The translations under genes and the position numbers were made by a program. A stretch of 64,000 nt of DNA from Halorarum halobium. GTDB taxonomy: Archaea > Halobacteriota > Halobacteria > Halobacteriales > Haloferacaceae. Within the stretch, counting starts at the first letter, position 1; each line of letters starts with the position of its first letter. Under the pieces are notes generated by a model that searched no databases, had not been told where the DNA came from, and saw only the letters and a list, made by a program, of their open reading frames with translations. Location of the stretch: assembly GCF_032116555.1 (NCBI RefSeq), contig NZ_CP134949.1, positions 1,178,001 through 1,242,000 of the forward strand, in the 5' to 3' direction. Shown here piece by piece: positions 29,202-39,261 of the stretch.

Positions 29202-30356
29202 ATGGAGTTCGCACTCTCCGAGGAGCAACGACAGCTACGCGACGAGGTCCGGCGATTCGCGGAGAACGAGGTCGCGCCCGTGGCGAGCGAGCACGACCGG
29301 GAGGAGTCGTACCCGTACGAGGTGATGGAGGAGGCCGCGAAGATGGGGCTCACCGGCCCCCACATCCCGGTCGAGTACGGCGGCGTCGGCTACGACTCGC
29401 TCGAGACGGCCATCATCACCGAGGAACTGTTCGCGGTCGATCCCGGCGTCGGGCTCTGTATCACCTCGGCCGCCTTCGGCGCGGAGGCCATCATGGGGTT
29501 CGGGACCGACGAGCAGAAGGAGGAGTACCTGACGCCCATCACCGAGGGCGAAACCGTCATGGGCGCGGCCATCAGCGAACCGCAGGCCGGCTCGGACGTC
29601 ACCGGCATCACCACGCGCGCCGAGAAGGACGGCGACGAGTGGGTCATCAACGGCAACAAGATGTGGATCACGAACGGATCGGTCGGGGACTACTTCGTCG
29701 TGATGTGCGAGACCGACCCCGACCAGGAGGACCGCTACATGGGCTACTCCCAGATCATCGTCGAGTCCGACCGCGACGGGTTCGACGCCGACAAGATCAC
29801 CGGGAAGATGGGCATCCGCGCGAGCGACACCGCCGAACTCATCTTCGACGACGTGCGCGTCCCCGAGGAGAACCTCGTCGGCTCGCGCGGCATGGGGTTC
29901 CTCCAGCTCATGCAGTTCTTCGACGAGACGCGGACGGCCGTCGCCGCACAGGGCGTAGGCATCGCGAAGGGCGCGGCCGAGCGCGCGCTGGAGTACACGG
30001 AGGAACGCGAGCAGTTCGGTCGCCCCATCTCGGAGTTCCAGGCCGTCAAACACGAACTCGCCGAGCAGTTCACGAACCTCCGCGCCGCCCGAAACCTCAC
30101 CTACGAGGCCGCGTGGGCCGTCGAGAACGAGCCGGACGATCTGACCCGGCTCGCGTCGATGGCCAAGGAGTTCGCCTCCCGGACGGCCGTCGAATCGGCG
30201 GACACCGCGGTCCAGCTCCACGGCGGGGCCGGCTTCGTCAACGACCACGACGTCGAGCGGCTCTACCGCGACGCGAAGATCACCCAGATCTACGAGGGAA
30301 CGACCCAGATACAGAAGAACATCATCGCGCGCGAACTGCTCGACGAAGGGTTCTGA
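29202..30356 (+). CDS. Acyl-CoA dehydrogenase
   Basis: SEPQAGSD, NGNKMWITNG, REQFGRPI, QLHGGAG, YRDAKITQIYEGT. Confidence 0.93.
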   Translation: MEFALSEEQRQLRDEVRRFAENEVAPVASEHDREESYPYEVMEEAAKMGLTGPHIPVEYGGVGYDSLETAIITEELFAVDPGVGLCITSAAFGAEAIMGFGTDEQKEEYLTPITEGETVMGAAISEPQAGSDVTGITTRAEKDGDEWVINGNKMWITNGSVGDYFVVMCETDPDQEDRYMGYSQIIVESDRDGFDADKITGKMGIRASDTAELIFDDVRVPEENLVGSRGMGFLQLMQFFDETRTAVAAQGVGIAKGAAERALEYTEEREQFGRPISEFQAVKHELAEQFTNLRAARNLTYEAAWAVENEPDDLTRLASMAKEFASRTAVESADTAVQLHGGAGFVNDHDVERLYRDAKITQIYEGTTQIQKNIIARELLDEGF

Positions 30357-30977
30357 TCAGAATCCGAACTCCGTCCCTTCCCCGCCGCTTCCGTCGCCGG
30401 TGCCGTCGGCTCGCCCGATGTCCCGGAACGCGCCCTCGAAGTCGTCGTGCTCGTCGAAGTTCGCCACCGAGTCGTCGAGGTTCTCACGCAGGTCCCTGAG
30501 CTGTGCGTCGAGGTAGTCGTACTCCTCGGACTCCTCCAGGGCCGCACGCCCCTTCTCGGACTCGAGAACCGCCTTCTTCGAGGCGAGCGCGAAGTACGTC
30601 TGAACGTCGCTGTCGTACTCGCTGCGTCGGAACAGCCCCTCGACCGTCTCCGTGAGCGCGCCGCGCGTGACCGGCTTCACGAGGTAGTCGTCAAAGCCCA
30701 TGGCGACGATGTCGAAGTCCGGTTCGACCGCGGTCACCATCGCGACGCGACACTCGATTCCCCGCTCCCGGACCGCGACGAGCACCTCGTCGCCCGACAG
30801 GCCCGGCATCCGTCGGTCGAGCAGCACGATGTCGACGTCCTCGTCGAGCTGTTCGAGCGCCTCGTGACCGCCGTAAGCGGTCCGTACCTCGTACTCGTCG
30901 CCGAGCCACGCGGCGTACAGGTCCGCGAGGTCGGGCTCGTCTTCGACGACCAGGACGACAGGGAGGTCTTCACTCAT
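30357..30977 (-). CDS. Response regulator with HalX domain
   Basis: Receiver VVEDE...LLDRRMP...DDYLVKP plus HalX-type YFALASKKAVLE...EY. Confidence 0.88.
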   Translation of the reverse strand: MSEDLPVVLVVEDEPDLADLYAAWLGDEYEVRTAYGGHEALEQLDEDVDIVLLDRRMPGLSGDEVLVAVRERGIECRVAMVTAVEPDFDIVAMGFDDYLVKPVTRGALTETVEGLFRRSEYDSDVQTYFALASKKAVLESEKGRAALEESEEYDYLDAQLRDLRENLDDSVANFDEHDDFEGAFRDIGRADGTGDGSGGEGTEFGF

Positions 30978-31199
30978 GCTACAGTGTTCCGTGTTGTCCC
31001 CACCTGACGGAGCAGTCCTTATGAATATACCCCTTGGCCGGTGGCGGCGTCCCCACCCTCGACTCCGTTCGTCCGTCAGGTAGCCGCCACGTAACCATCG
31101 CCTGGCGGTCGTTCCCCCCAACACTTAATCGTGTCCCGTCTGACTCCGGCAGAAATTGCGCGCCGTCCGGCGTGCGGAACCGACCCGGCCCGCCCCGGT

Positions 31200-32696
31200 T
31201 CACTCGCCGGGGCTGTAGTTGGGTGCCTCGTCCGTGATGGTCACGTCGTGGGGGTGGCCCTCGGTCTGGCCGGCCTGGGAGACGCGGACGAACTCGGCGC
31301 GCTCCTTGAACCCCGACAGCGTCTCGGCGCCGACGTAGCCCATCCCCGAGCGCATCCCGCCGACGAGCTGGTGGAGCTCCGAGGCGAGGCTCCCCTTGTA
31401 CGGCGTCGCGGCCTCGACGCCCTCGGGGACGAACTCCTCGTCCTCCTCGGCGTCCTTCAGGTAGCGGTCGCCCCCGCCCTCGCTCATCGCGCCGACCGAG
31501 CCCATCCCGCGGTACTGCTTGTAGCGCTTGCCGTTCATCGTGATGACCCGGCCCGGGGCCTCGTCGGTGCCCGCGAAGTAGGAGCCCAGCATCACCGCGT
31601 CCGCGCCCGCGGCGACCGCCTTGATGGCGTCGCCGGAGTAGCGGATGCCGCCATCCGCGATGACGGGGACGCCGTGTTCGCTGGCCACGTCCGCGACCTG
31701 CGCGACGGCCGTGATCTGGGGCATGCCCGCCCCGGAGACGACGCGCGTGGTACAGATGGAGCCGGGGCCGATGCCGACCTTCAGGCCGTCCGCGAAGTCG
31801 ACGGCCGCCTCGGCGGCCTCCCGCGTCCCGACGTTCCCGACGACGACGTCGGCCGCGACGGTCTCCTTGATCGCCCGCGCCGACTCGAGCACGTTGAGGT
31901 TGTGCGCGTGGGCGCAGTCGATGAACAGCACGTCCGCGCCCGCCTCGTCGGCCGCGACGGCCCGCTCCTCCTCGAACGGCCCGACCGCGACGCCGACGAG
32001 CAGCGCGCCCGCCTCGTCACGGGCGGCGTCGCCGTGTTCGCGGCGCTGGAGGACGCCCTGCATCGTGACGAGCCCGACGAGCCGGTTCCCCTCGTCGACG
32101 ACGGGGACGCGCTCGATCTTGTGCTCGTACATGAGCTCGAGCGCCTCACGCGCGGAGACGTCCTCGGGCGCGGTGATGACCTCGTCGGTCATCGCCTCCC
32201 GGACCGCGTCGGACTCGCCGACCTCCAGGTACGGCCGGATGTCGGTGCCCGAGATGATGCCCAGCACGGCGTCGTCGTCGTCGACCACCGGCGCGCCCGA
32301 GACGCCCGCCCGCTCCATCATCTCGTCCACGTCGCGGACGGTCTGGTCGGGCGCGGCCGTGACGACGTTCTCGCGGCGGATGACGAGTTCGTCCGCGCGC
32401 TTGACGCGCTCGACCTCCGCCGCCGTCTCCTCGACGGTCATGTTTCGATGGAGGACGCCGAGGCCGCCCTCGCGGGCCATCTCGGCCGCCAGATCGCTCT
32501 CGGTGACCGTGTCCATCGCGGCCGACAGCACCGGGATCGTCAGTTCGACGTTGCGGGAGACGCGCGTGGACACGTCCGCCTCGTCGGGTTCGACGCGGCT
32601 CTCCTTGGGTCGGAGCAGCACGTCGTCGAACGTCAACGCCTCGGGCACCGCCAGCTTCTCGGAGAAGACCCCACCTGTTGAACCGTCGTTCGCCAT
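31200..32696 (-). CDS. guaB: IMP dehydrogenase
   Basis: [19 protein letters not shown] pair, [17 protein letters not shown]. Confidence 0.96.
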   Translation of the reverse strand: MANDGSTGGVFSEKLAVPEALTFDDVLLRPKESRVEPDEADVSTRVSRNVELTIPVLSAAMDTVTESDLAAEMAREGGLGVLHRNMTVEETAAEVERVKRADELVIRRENVVTAAPDQTVRDVDEMMERAGVSGAPVVDDDDAVLGIISGTDIRPYLEVGESDAVREAMTDEVITAPEDVSAREALELMYEHKIERVPVVDEGNRLVGLVTMQGVLQRREHGDAARDEAGALLVGVAVGPFEEERAVAADEAGADVLFIDCAHAHNLNVLESARAIKETVAADVVVGNVGTREAAEAAVDFADGLKVGIGPGSICTTRVVSGAGMPQITAVAQVADVASEHGVPVIADGGIRYSGDAIKAVAAGADAVMLGSYFAGTDEAPGRVITMNGKRYKQYRGMGSVGAMSEGGGDRYLKDAEEDEEFVPEGVEAATPYKGSLASELHQLVGGMRSGMGYVGAETLSGFKERAEFVRVSQAGQTEGHPHDVTITDEAPNYSPGE

Positions 32697-33258
32697 GTTA
32701 TCGGTGGGGCGCTCCGTCCCAAAAACGTTCCGAGGACCCGTGCTCCCGCCATCCGCTGACACGCTACTCGCTCACATGCACGACCGACGTCGCTCGAACT
32801 GCCACCTGAACCGGCCGCTCGAACGTGCCGCCGGCCCGGACCGCTCGAACTGCCACCGGGACGGGCCCCACGCCGGTCGCAATGGTTGCCCCAACCGACG
32901 CCCGACACCGATCATCTCGAGGCGATGGGCTATAATTGACGTGGATTCGTAGGCGAATCACCCGTCTCGGGTGCCTACCTTCGTGACCCATGCGCTCGAA
33001 TCCCACACAACGCTTATTGTCACGACGTGGGTTTGAACGATCATGGACTTCGTGTCCCACTACGGTGCACGCACTGCCGGCCAGACGAGCATCCGCGCGG
33101 CGCTCGTGACAGCCTTCCGGCAGGCGACGAAACCGACGGTGGAACGCGGAGCCGCGGGCTTCCGCTGGCCGCTCCGGTTCGAATTCGGCTCGAACCCCCA
33201 CGCGGAGTCGCCCGATCGCTACCACCGCGCCGCCGGTGAGGCGCACGGCTATCGCTAG

Positions 33259-34251
33259 ATGAGTACGTCACGACACCCGATCGCGCTCCGGCTTGAGCGA
33301 CGCGTCGGCGGCCCCACGCGGCTGCTCGCCACCGTCATGGGCCTCCCGCTCATCGACGGCATCTTCCCCGCGCTCGTCATCGCGGGGGCGCTGACGGTCC
33401 CGTTCGGCATCGTCGAGACCGGGCTGCTCATCTTCGGCGGCTCGGCCACGATGGCGGTCGTCCTCGCCGAGATGGAGGGAACGCCGCGCGAGAAGGCCCT
33501 CTCCATCCTGCTACTCGGCGCGGTGCTCGTTCCCGTGGCCGTCGCCGAGGCCGCGCTGGCCCAGACCATCCAGAGCCTGCTCACCGACACGTTCCACCGC
33601 TTCGCGGGCCTGGTCATCCTCGCCATCGCGGCCAAGACCGCGAGCGCGGAGGTCGGCGAGTACCTCCCGCGGCCGGGGGCGATCATCGCGCTCGGGCTCG
33701 TTGCGAGTTTCGACCCGAGCGGCGCACGGCTCACCCTCCTGCTCGACCCCGGGCTGCTCGTCCGCGCCGGGGCGGCCGCCGGGGTCGGCGTCGGCTTCGC
33801 GCTCGCGGTCGCGCTCGCGGGCGACCACCTGCGCGACCGCGTCGACATCGACCGCTTCCGGTTCGGCTCGGCGGTCGCGCTCGGGATGCTGGCGCTCTCG
33901 GTGCTCGGCCTGCTACCGACCGAACAGCCGGTCGCGCTCGGCGTGCTCTGCGTGACGGCCGTGTTCTCCTACGAGCCGAGTTCCGACGTCGCGTCCGCCG
34001 GCTCCTCGGACGACGCCGACGGGGCGACCGGCGACGGTACGAGCGGGGACGGGGCATCGGAGCCAGCACCCGCAGCCGACCACGGTGGCGAGTCGGCTCC
34101 CGCCTCGGCCCCGGACCTCGCGGCCGGCGCCGTGTCCGGATCCGCGACGGACGGCGGCTCGTCGGCCGGGATCGACCCGGTCGACGGCGACGACGCGGAC
34201 GGGAGCGTGTCGGACCCCGAGGACGGCCCCAACCGCGCTCCCTGGCTGTAG
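33259..34251 (+). CDS. DUF5794-like multi-TM membrane protein
   Basis: HPIALRLE...LPLIDGIF...DIDRFRFGS; acidic tail ending RAPWL. Confidence 0.75.
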   Translation: MSTSRHPIALRLERRVGGPTRLLATVMGLPLIDGIFPALVIAGALTVPFGIVETGLLIFGGSATMAVVLAEMEGTPREKALSILLLGAVLVPVAVAEAALAQTIQSLLTDTFHRFAGLVILAIAAKTASAEVGEYLPRPGAIIALGLVASFDPSGARLTLLLDPGLLVRAGAAAGVGVGFALAVALAGDHLRDRVDIDRFRFGSAVALGMLALSVLGLLPTEQPVALGVLCVTAVFSYEPSSDVASAGSSDDADGATGDGTSGDGASEPAPAADHGGESAPASAPDLAAGAVSGSATDGGSSAGIDPVDGDDADGSVSDPEDGPNRAPWL

Positions 34252-34299
34252 CGTCCCGCCGACCGCGGGCTTTACTTCGACCGCCCCGCTTGCACCGAC

Positions 34300-34521
34300 A
34301 TGAGCAATCGCGTCGTCGAGGGGCGGATGGTCACGCCCGAGAAACTGGCCGAACTCGTCGAGGGCGAGTCGGTGATGGAAGCCGAGGACATCGCGGACGC
34401 CGACCGGCAGTGTCCCGACTGCGGCGGCGACGTCATCTCGGTCGGATACATGCCCTCGGTCACGGAGTTCGTGACCGCCTACAAGTGTCAGGAGTGCCCC
34501 TGGGGCGAGACGGATCGCTGA
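34300..34521 (+). CDS. Small CPxCG zinc-finger protein (DUF5795-like)
   Basis: CPDCGG...CQECPW. Confidence 0.85.
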   Translation: MSNRVVEGRMVTPEKLAELVEGESVMEAEDIADADRQCPDCGGDVISVGYMPSVTEFVTAYKCQECPWGETDR

Positions 34522-34568
34522 CCGAATCGAAATCCCTTTAGGCGATTCCGGGGAAGAAACTGATGCGA

Positions 34569-34748
34569 GGGGTCGTGGCCAAGCCAGGCATGGCGACTGA
34601 CTCCAGAGGCTGACCGCCCGGTGACGAACTCCAGACTGATATACCGAGCGTCCGACTGATCATCGGCCGCGACGACGACCCTCTGGAGGACCGAGGCGCG
34701 ACAACCGGAGATATCAGTCGATCGGGGGTTCAAATCCCTCCGACCCCA
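34569..34748 (+). tRNA. tRNA-Trp(CCA) with 106-nt intron (34607-34712)
   Basis: Exon 1 GGGGTCGTGGCCAAGCCAGGCATGGCGACTGACTCCAG; exon 2 ATCAGTCGATCGGGGGTTCAAATCCCTCCGACCCCA; intron at the canonical 37/38 position. Confidence 0.96.
34607..34712 (+). ncRNA. Intron-encoded box C/D guide RNA (Cm34/Um39 of tRNA-Trp)
   Basis: Box C-like GTGACGA 34621, D' CCGA 34644, C'-like GACGACGA 34671, D CCGA 34691. Guides GACTGATAT and CTCTGGAG are complementary to the exon junctions. Confidence 0.88.
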
Positions 34749-34868
34749 CTTCTCACGCGGCGTTTTCACGGTGAGTGACCCGCTCGTCTCTGCCGTGCCA
34801 ACCACTTCCAGTTCCACCACACCTCCGGCGCAGTTCTATGCCCCGTACCGACCACGTACCGACCAGCG

Positions 34869-35222
34869 ATGTCGAAACGGAAGAAACACGGCGCGTTCAC
34901 CCACCTCGAAGGCGAACTCGCGTGGACCATCGCGGAGCACCGAACCCCGTCGGACGCCATCGAGACGACGCGGAAACTCGTGGAGGCAGACGAGAGCGAG
35001 CACGAACTCCTCGGCCTCTCTCCGGACTGCGAGCGGGCGATCTTCTGGGACGACGCGCTCCGTGGCGTCAGAACCGCCGGGTTCGACGCCGACGGCGTCG
35101 AGGAGTTGAGCGCGGCGGACACGGACGGCCCGCGCCGGAAGGGCGAGTACCTGCAGCGCGAGGGCGTCGCGGACTGGGCGTGGGTCCACCCGCGCCACCG
35201 GTGGCTCCGGAACCCCGTCTGA
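34869..35222 (+). CDS. Hypothetical protein
   Basis: Acidic 117-aa ORF with typical codon usage, ending WAWVHPRHRWL. Confidence 0.65.
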   Translation: MSKRKKHGAFTHLEGELAWTIAEHRTPSDAIETTRKLVEADESEHELLGLSPDCERAIFWDDALRGVRTAGFDADGVEELSAADTDGPRRKGEYLQREGVADWAWVHPRHRWLRNPV

Positions 35223-35457
35223 GCGGTCCGTCCCACTACCACGGCCTACCGCACGAACCAGCAGACGGCCCGCCGGTCGTTTGTCGGGCTTACCCGGCAC
35301 CCTCGAACGCCTCCGTCGGGGTTACTCGAGGAAACGCGAGCATTCGAAAATCTCGGCGAAACCACCCGACGACATGGCTGTTCATACTTAATCGGCTTCG
35401 TACTGACCCCGTTCGTGTCGTCGGTCACCGCCCCGGAGTCGGGGCCGACAGAAACCC

Positions 35458-36615
35458 ATGACCCGACACAGTCACTCACGGCCGTCTCCGCTCGGCCCGC
35501 TGCTCGCGCTCACACTCGCCTGCCTCCTCGCGACGAGTGCGTTCGCGGGCACCGCGGCCGCCGCGGGGACGACGAACGGGACGAACCCGCAGACGGGGGC
35601 ACAGCAGTTCGAACCGAACAACAGCTTCGACACGGCGACGGAGATCACGCCGGGCACCTACGAGGGGCTGAACGTCACCACGTTCGACGTCGACGTCTAC
35701 GAGATCGAGCTGACGGCGAACGAGTCGATGTCGGCGTCGATCAACTTCACGCACGAGGAGGGCGACCTCGAACTCTACCTCGTCGGGCCGAACGAGACGA
35801 TCCTGCTCAGGAACGAGTCGGCGACCGACGGCGAGTCGTTCTCGTACGTGCCCGAGCGAAACGGCACCTTCTACCTGGTCGTGACCGGATTCCAGGGCCA
35901 GACGAACGAGTACGAACTGACGTACCGTAACGACGCGTCGCCGTTCGCGGGCGTCGAGGACGAGTTCGAGCCGAACGACGACCTCCCGAACGCGACCGCG
36001 ATCGACCCCGGGTCGTACGATAACCTCACCATCACCACCGGCGACGTCGACGTGTTCGCGGTCGAGGTCGCCCAGGGCGAGATGCTCTCGTCCTCGATCA
36101 ACTTCTCGCACGAGCGCGGCGACCTGGACCTCTTCCTCACGGACGAGAACGCGTCGGTTCTGCAGGTCAGCAACTCGGTGACCGACGGCGAATCGATCTC
36201 GTACGCCCCGAACGAGTCGGGAACGTACTACCTCGTCGTCTACGGCTTCGCCGGCGCGACCGGCCCCTACGACCTCTCGGTGTCGGTGACGGCGGCCGCG
36301 AACGACACCGGGACGGAAACGGCGACGGCCGAATCGGGGACGGAGACGGCTACGGAACCCGGAACGACCACGCCGACCGGGAACGCCACGACCACCGAGC
36401 CCCCGACGGGCACCGAGACGCCCGCGGGGACGGACGCTGCGACGAGTACGGAAACCGAAACGGGAACGGAAACGCCACCCACGACGGAGACGGAAACGCC
36501 GCCCGCGACGGAGACGGCGACGAACACGGAGCCCGGGACGGACACGGAGACTGACGCGGGCACCGAAAACGGGACGAACACGGGTACCGATACGGCCTCC
36601 GTGTTCCGGGGCTGA
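35458..36615 (+). CDS. Secreted glycoprotein with two PPC (pre-peptidase C-terminal)-like domains and a Thr-rich tail
   Basis: Signal peptide; two ~110-aa repeats beginning FEPNN/FEPND with GDL(E/D)L and GT(F/Y)YLVV; many NxS/T sequons. Confidence 0.8.
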   Translation: MTRHSHSRPSPLGPLLALTLACLLATSAFAGTAAAAGTTNGTNPQTGAQQFEPNNSFDTATEITPGTYEGLNVTTFDVDVYEIELTANESMSASINFTHEEGDLELYLVGPNETILLRNESATDGESFSYVPERNGTFYLVVTGFQGQTNEYELTYRNDASPFAGVEDEFEPNDDLPNATAIDPGSYDNLTITTGDVDVFAVEVAQGEMLSSSINFSHERGDLDLFLTDENASVLQVSNSVTDGESISYAPNESGTYYLVVYGFAGATGPYDLSVSVTAAANDTGTETATAESGTETATEPGTTTPTGNATTTEPPTGTETPAGTDAATSTETETGTETPPTTETETPPATETATNTEPGTDTETDAGTENGTNTGTDTASVFRG

Positions 36616-36735
36616 TCCCGATTTCGGACCAACGAGGCGGATCGCCGACGGGCCCCCTTCGGACCCCTTTCCGCGCCGTCGATCTTCCGTTCCCCATGCT
36701 GTCGAGGTTTTTCCGCGGCGCGGACGAGGGGCCGC

Positions 36736-37485
36736 TCAGTCGTCCGTGAACTCCGCGGACAGCGGATCGAGGTGGTCGATCCCAACGACCGCCACGACGT
36801 CCCCCTCGTCGCGGAGGTCGGCGAGTCGCGCGGCCATGTGCTCCTCCCGCGTCTCGTTTCGGAGGTCGCAGGCGCGGGAGGCGCGACAGGAGCCGAACGC
36901 GTTCAGCATGGCCTGCGACCGTCTGATCTGTGTCCGTTCGTCGTCGGCCTGGACCTCGGGGGCGTCCTGCCAGTCGCTCTCGTGGACGACCGGCGAGTCC
37001 ACCTCCAGGCGAAGCCCGGTTGAGGCCGCGACTCCCGCGCCGAGTCGGCAGACGGCCGCGCGCCTGGTCGCGGTCGAGAGGCCGCGGATCACCGTCCGCG
37101 CAGTCGAGAGTGCGGGTCGTTCCGACCAGAGCCGACGGGCCATCCGGCCCGCGAACCGGACGCTCGGGCCGTCGATGCCGACGACGCGGTCGACGCCCCC
37201 GGCCGTCCCCGGACGCGCCGCCTGGATCGCAGCGCTCATCTCTCCGCCGAACGCCGGCGGCGTCCGCGCGTCCCGCGCGTACTGTTCGAAGAGGCCGACC
37301 GCGAGCGGCGGGAGTTCGAGCGCCAGCACGTCCGGGTCGACGGACTCGATCACCGTCCGTACGCGGAACGTACTGGCCGGGTGGTCGTGGACCACCCCGA
37401 CGAGGACGACGTCGCCGTCGGTCGTGGAACTCGGACGGCGACTGACGTGCTCGCCGTCGACTCGTGGGTCGTTGAATTCGATCAT
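36736..37485 (-). CDS. Hypothetical protein, TraB/GumN-like fold suspected
   Basis: LVGVVHDHP, PDVLALELP, GGEMSAAI, REEHMA, VVAVVGIDHL. Start uncertain. Confidence 0.6.
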   Translation of the reverse strand: MIEFNDPRVDGEHVSRRPSSTTDGDVVLVGVVHDHPASTFRVRTVIESVDPDVLALELPPLAVGLFEQYARDARTPPAFGGEMSAAIQAARPGTAGGVDRVVGIDGPSVRFAGRMARRLWSERPALSTARTVIRGLSTATRRAAVCRLGAGVAASTGLRLEVDSPVVHESDWQDAPEVQADDERTQIRRSQAMLNAFGSCRASRACDLRNETREEHMAARLADLRDEGDVVAVVGIDHLDPLSAEFTDD

Positions 37486-37851
37486 CGGACTCCCCCGGTT
37501 AACGGGGTCTTACCGGGCGAAACTGCGGCGTGGAGATAAGTGTTGGCTCCGCGGGTTGCCGTGGACGACAGCCGGTGCGATATCGGTCACCAGTCGGCCA
37601 ATGACCGGACTGCATCCCTCTCCATACGGACCCGGAACGGCACCCGTCACGACATCACCTCTCCCCCGTACCCACCCGGCCCCGCCGCTTCCGTGCCGAG
37701 CGTCTGATCTGTGACGTGGGTGCGACGGCGTGACGGTATGAACCGCTTACCGGGCCCTCGAATCGACCCGTCGCGATCGAGTGTCGTCTGTCCATCGTTT
37801 CGAGTGGTGCCGGGACACGTCCGGATCCAGCGCCGGGTTCGGGTCGACTTC

Positions 37852-38172
37852 TCACCACTGGAGCGGTCTGACCGCCCCCGAGGGACGGACCTTGGGGAGC
37901 GGTCGGATCGACTCCGCGTCGACTTCGCCGCGGAGATACCTCACGCCGCGGCCAGTCAGTTCCCAGACGTCGGCCCGACGGCAGTCCATCAGCGGGGCGA
38001 TCAGATCCGCGTGTGCGAGGACGTGACATCGCTCGGCGAGCCGCGATTCGGACGTCTCGAACCCGGGACACCGTGCCATCGTCCTCGCGGTCGCCCACCC
38101 CTCGTCTGCGAGGTGCTCGAGGATGCGTTCGTCCAGCGTCTCCATCCACGTTCCCATCCGTCGAACGACCAT
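37852..38172 (-). CDS. phiH1 repressor-like winged-helix protein
   Basis: WMETLDERILEHL...RCHVLAHADLI...WELTGRGVRYLRGEVDA. Start uncertain (38172/38193). Confidence 0.75.
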   Translation of the reverse strand: MVVRRMGTWMETLDERILEHLADEGWATARTMARCPGFETSESRLAERCHVLAHADLIAPLMDCRRADVWELTGRGVRYLRGEVDAESIRPLPKVRPSGAVRPLQW

Positions 38173-38222
38173 CGGGAGGGCTGGTGTCGTCATCGTACAA
38201 GAACTTCTGCGTCGGTCCCGGC

Positions 38223-38525
38223 TCAGACGTTGCCGTCCGCCGACGCGGACTCGCCGCCACTGTCACCCTCCGCGTCCACCTGCTCGGCGTCGAACTCCTC
38301 GTTCAGATAGTCCCGGCCGCGCTGGGTGATGACGTACACGCCGTTGCCCAGGTTGTCGAGGAACCCGTGTTCGGTCAGCTTCCTGCACCTGTTCCCGATG
38401 TGCTGTGCCCCGTACGGGATGCGGTCGTCGTTCGCGATGTCGGAGGGGAGGGTCGGCCCGTTCTCCGAGACGTATTCCAGGATCCTGTCGTCCAGCAAAA
38501 CCATCCACCGGGCCGACTTCCTCAT
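38223..38525 (-). CDS. phiH1 repressor-like winged-helix protein
   Basis: MRKSARWMVLLDDRILEYV...RCRKLTEHGFLDNLGNGVYVITQRGRDYLNEEFDA. Confidence 0.82.
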   Translation of the reverse strand: MRKSARWMVLLDDRILEYVSENGPTLPSDIANDDRIPYGAQHIGNRCRKLTEHGFLDNLGNGVYVITQRGRDYLNEEFDAEQVDAEGDSGGESASADGNV

Positions 38526-38877
38526 GGTGTTTCCGCGTCCGTACAGGGTATTATCCATCAGGAATAGGATACTACAACACCTTGGAAAGAACTATAGTTA
38601 TCTATACAGTATTATCGTATGTTCATGAATCCGATGGCGGACGGCTCGAGTCACTCGGCCTCCGGCGAGTGGGCGGCGGTTCGTGCCACCCCCGGCCGCC
38701 GACGGTTCGTGCCCACCCACAGATGATTCCCGGAGCACACACGAGCGGGCCCGCCCGTACGGACCCAACAGGAACACGAGAGGACCGCCACCGCGTCAAC
38801 CGAACCGAAGGGACGGCCACCGGTGCCGACGTACCCCGAGGTCCCGGACCGGCCGCCGGTGTCCGGGAGGCTAACCG

Positions 38878-39174
38878 GTGAACGTTCCCCGCACCCTCTC
38901 GGCGCTCGAGTGGGACGTCCTCTGGATGCTATCGAAACGCGGTCCGCTGAAAGGCATCGCCATCCGGCAGGAGCTGATCGACTACTACGGCGAGGAGGTG
39001 AGCCACGCGGAGGTGTATCCGAGCCTCGACGCTCTGGCCGACCTCGAACTCGTGCGGGAGGTAGCGACCGACGGCCGGCCGCGCGAGTACAAGCTCACCG
39101 AGGAGGGGCGTCGCACGCTCGCACGGCGACAGATCTGGCAGGAAGGGCTGAGCAGTTCGAACAACGGCCCGTGA
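38878..39174 (+). CDS. PadR family transcriptional regulator
   Basis: GIAIRQELIDYYGEEVSHAEVYPSLDAL...YKLTEEGR. Confidence 0.85.
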   Translation: MNVPRTLSALEWDVLWMLSKRGPLKGIAIRQELIDYYGEEVSHAEVYPSLDALADLELVREVATDGRPREYKLTEEGRRTLARRQIWQEGLSSSNNGP

Positions 39175-39261
39175 TCGCAGGTTCGTCGACCGTCGTCCAC
39201 GATCGCACGTCACTGCGAACCCCACGGTGAATCACGTCAACCGTGTGAGCGCCGGGGGCGA

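Noticed and set aside
36300..36600. Short ACGGA(G/A)ACG-type repeats
   Set aside because: They encode the Thr-Glu-Thr low-complexity stalk of the secreted protein and are not an independent DNA repeat.
34713..39260. Integrated provirus bounded by a tRNA-Trp att duplication
   Set aside because: I found no convincing copy of the tRNA 3' end (only a weak CGAACCCCAC near 39216) and no integrase or structural genes.
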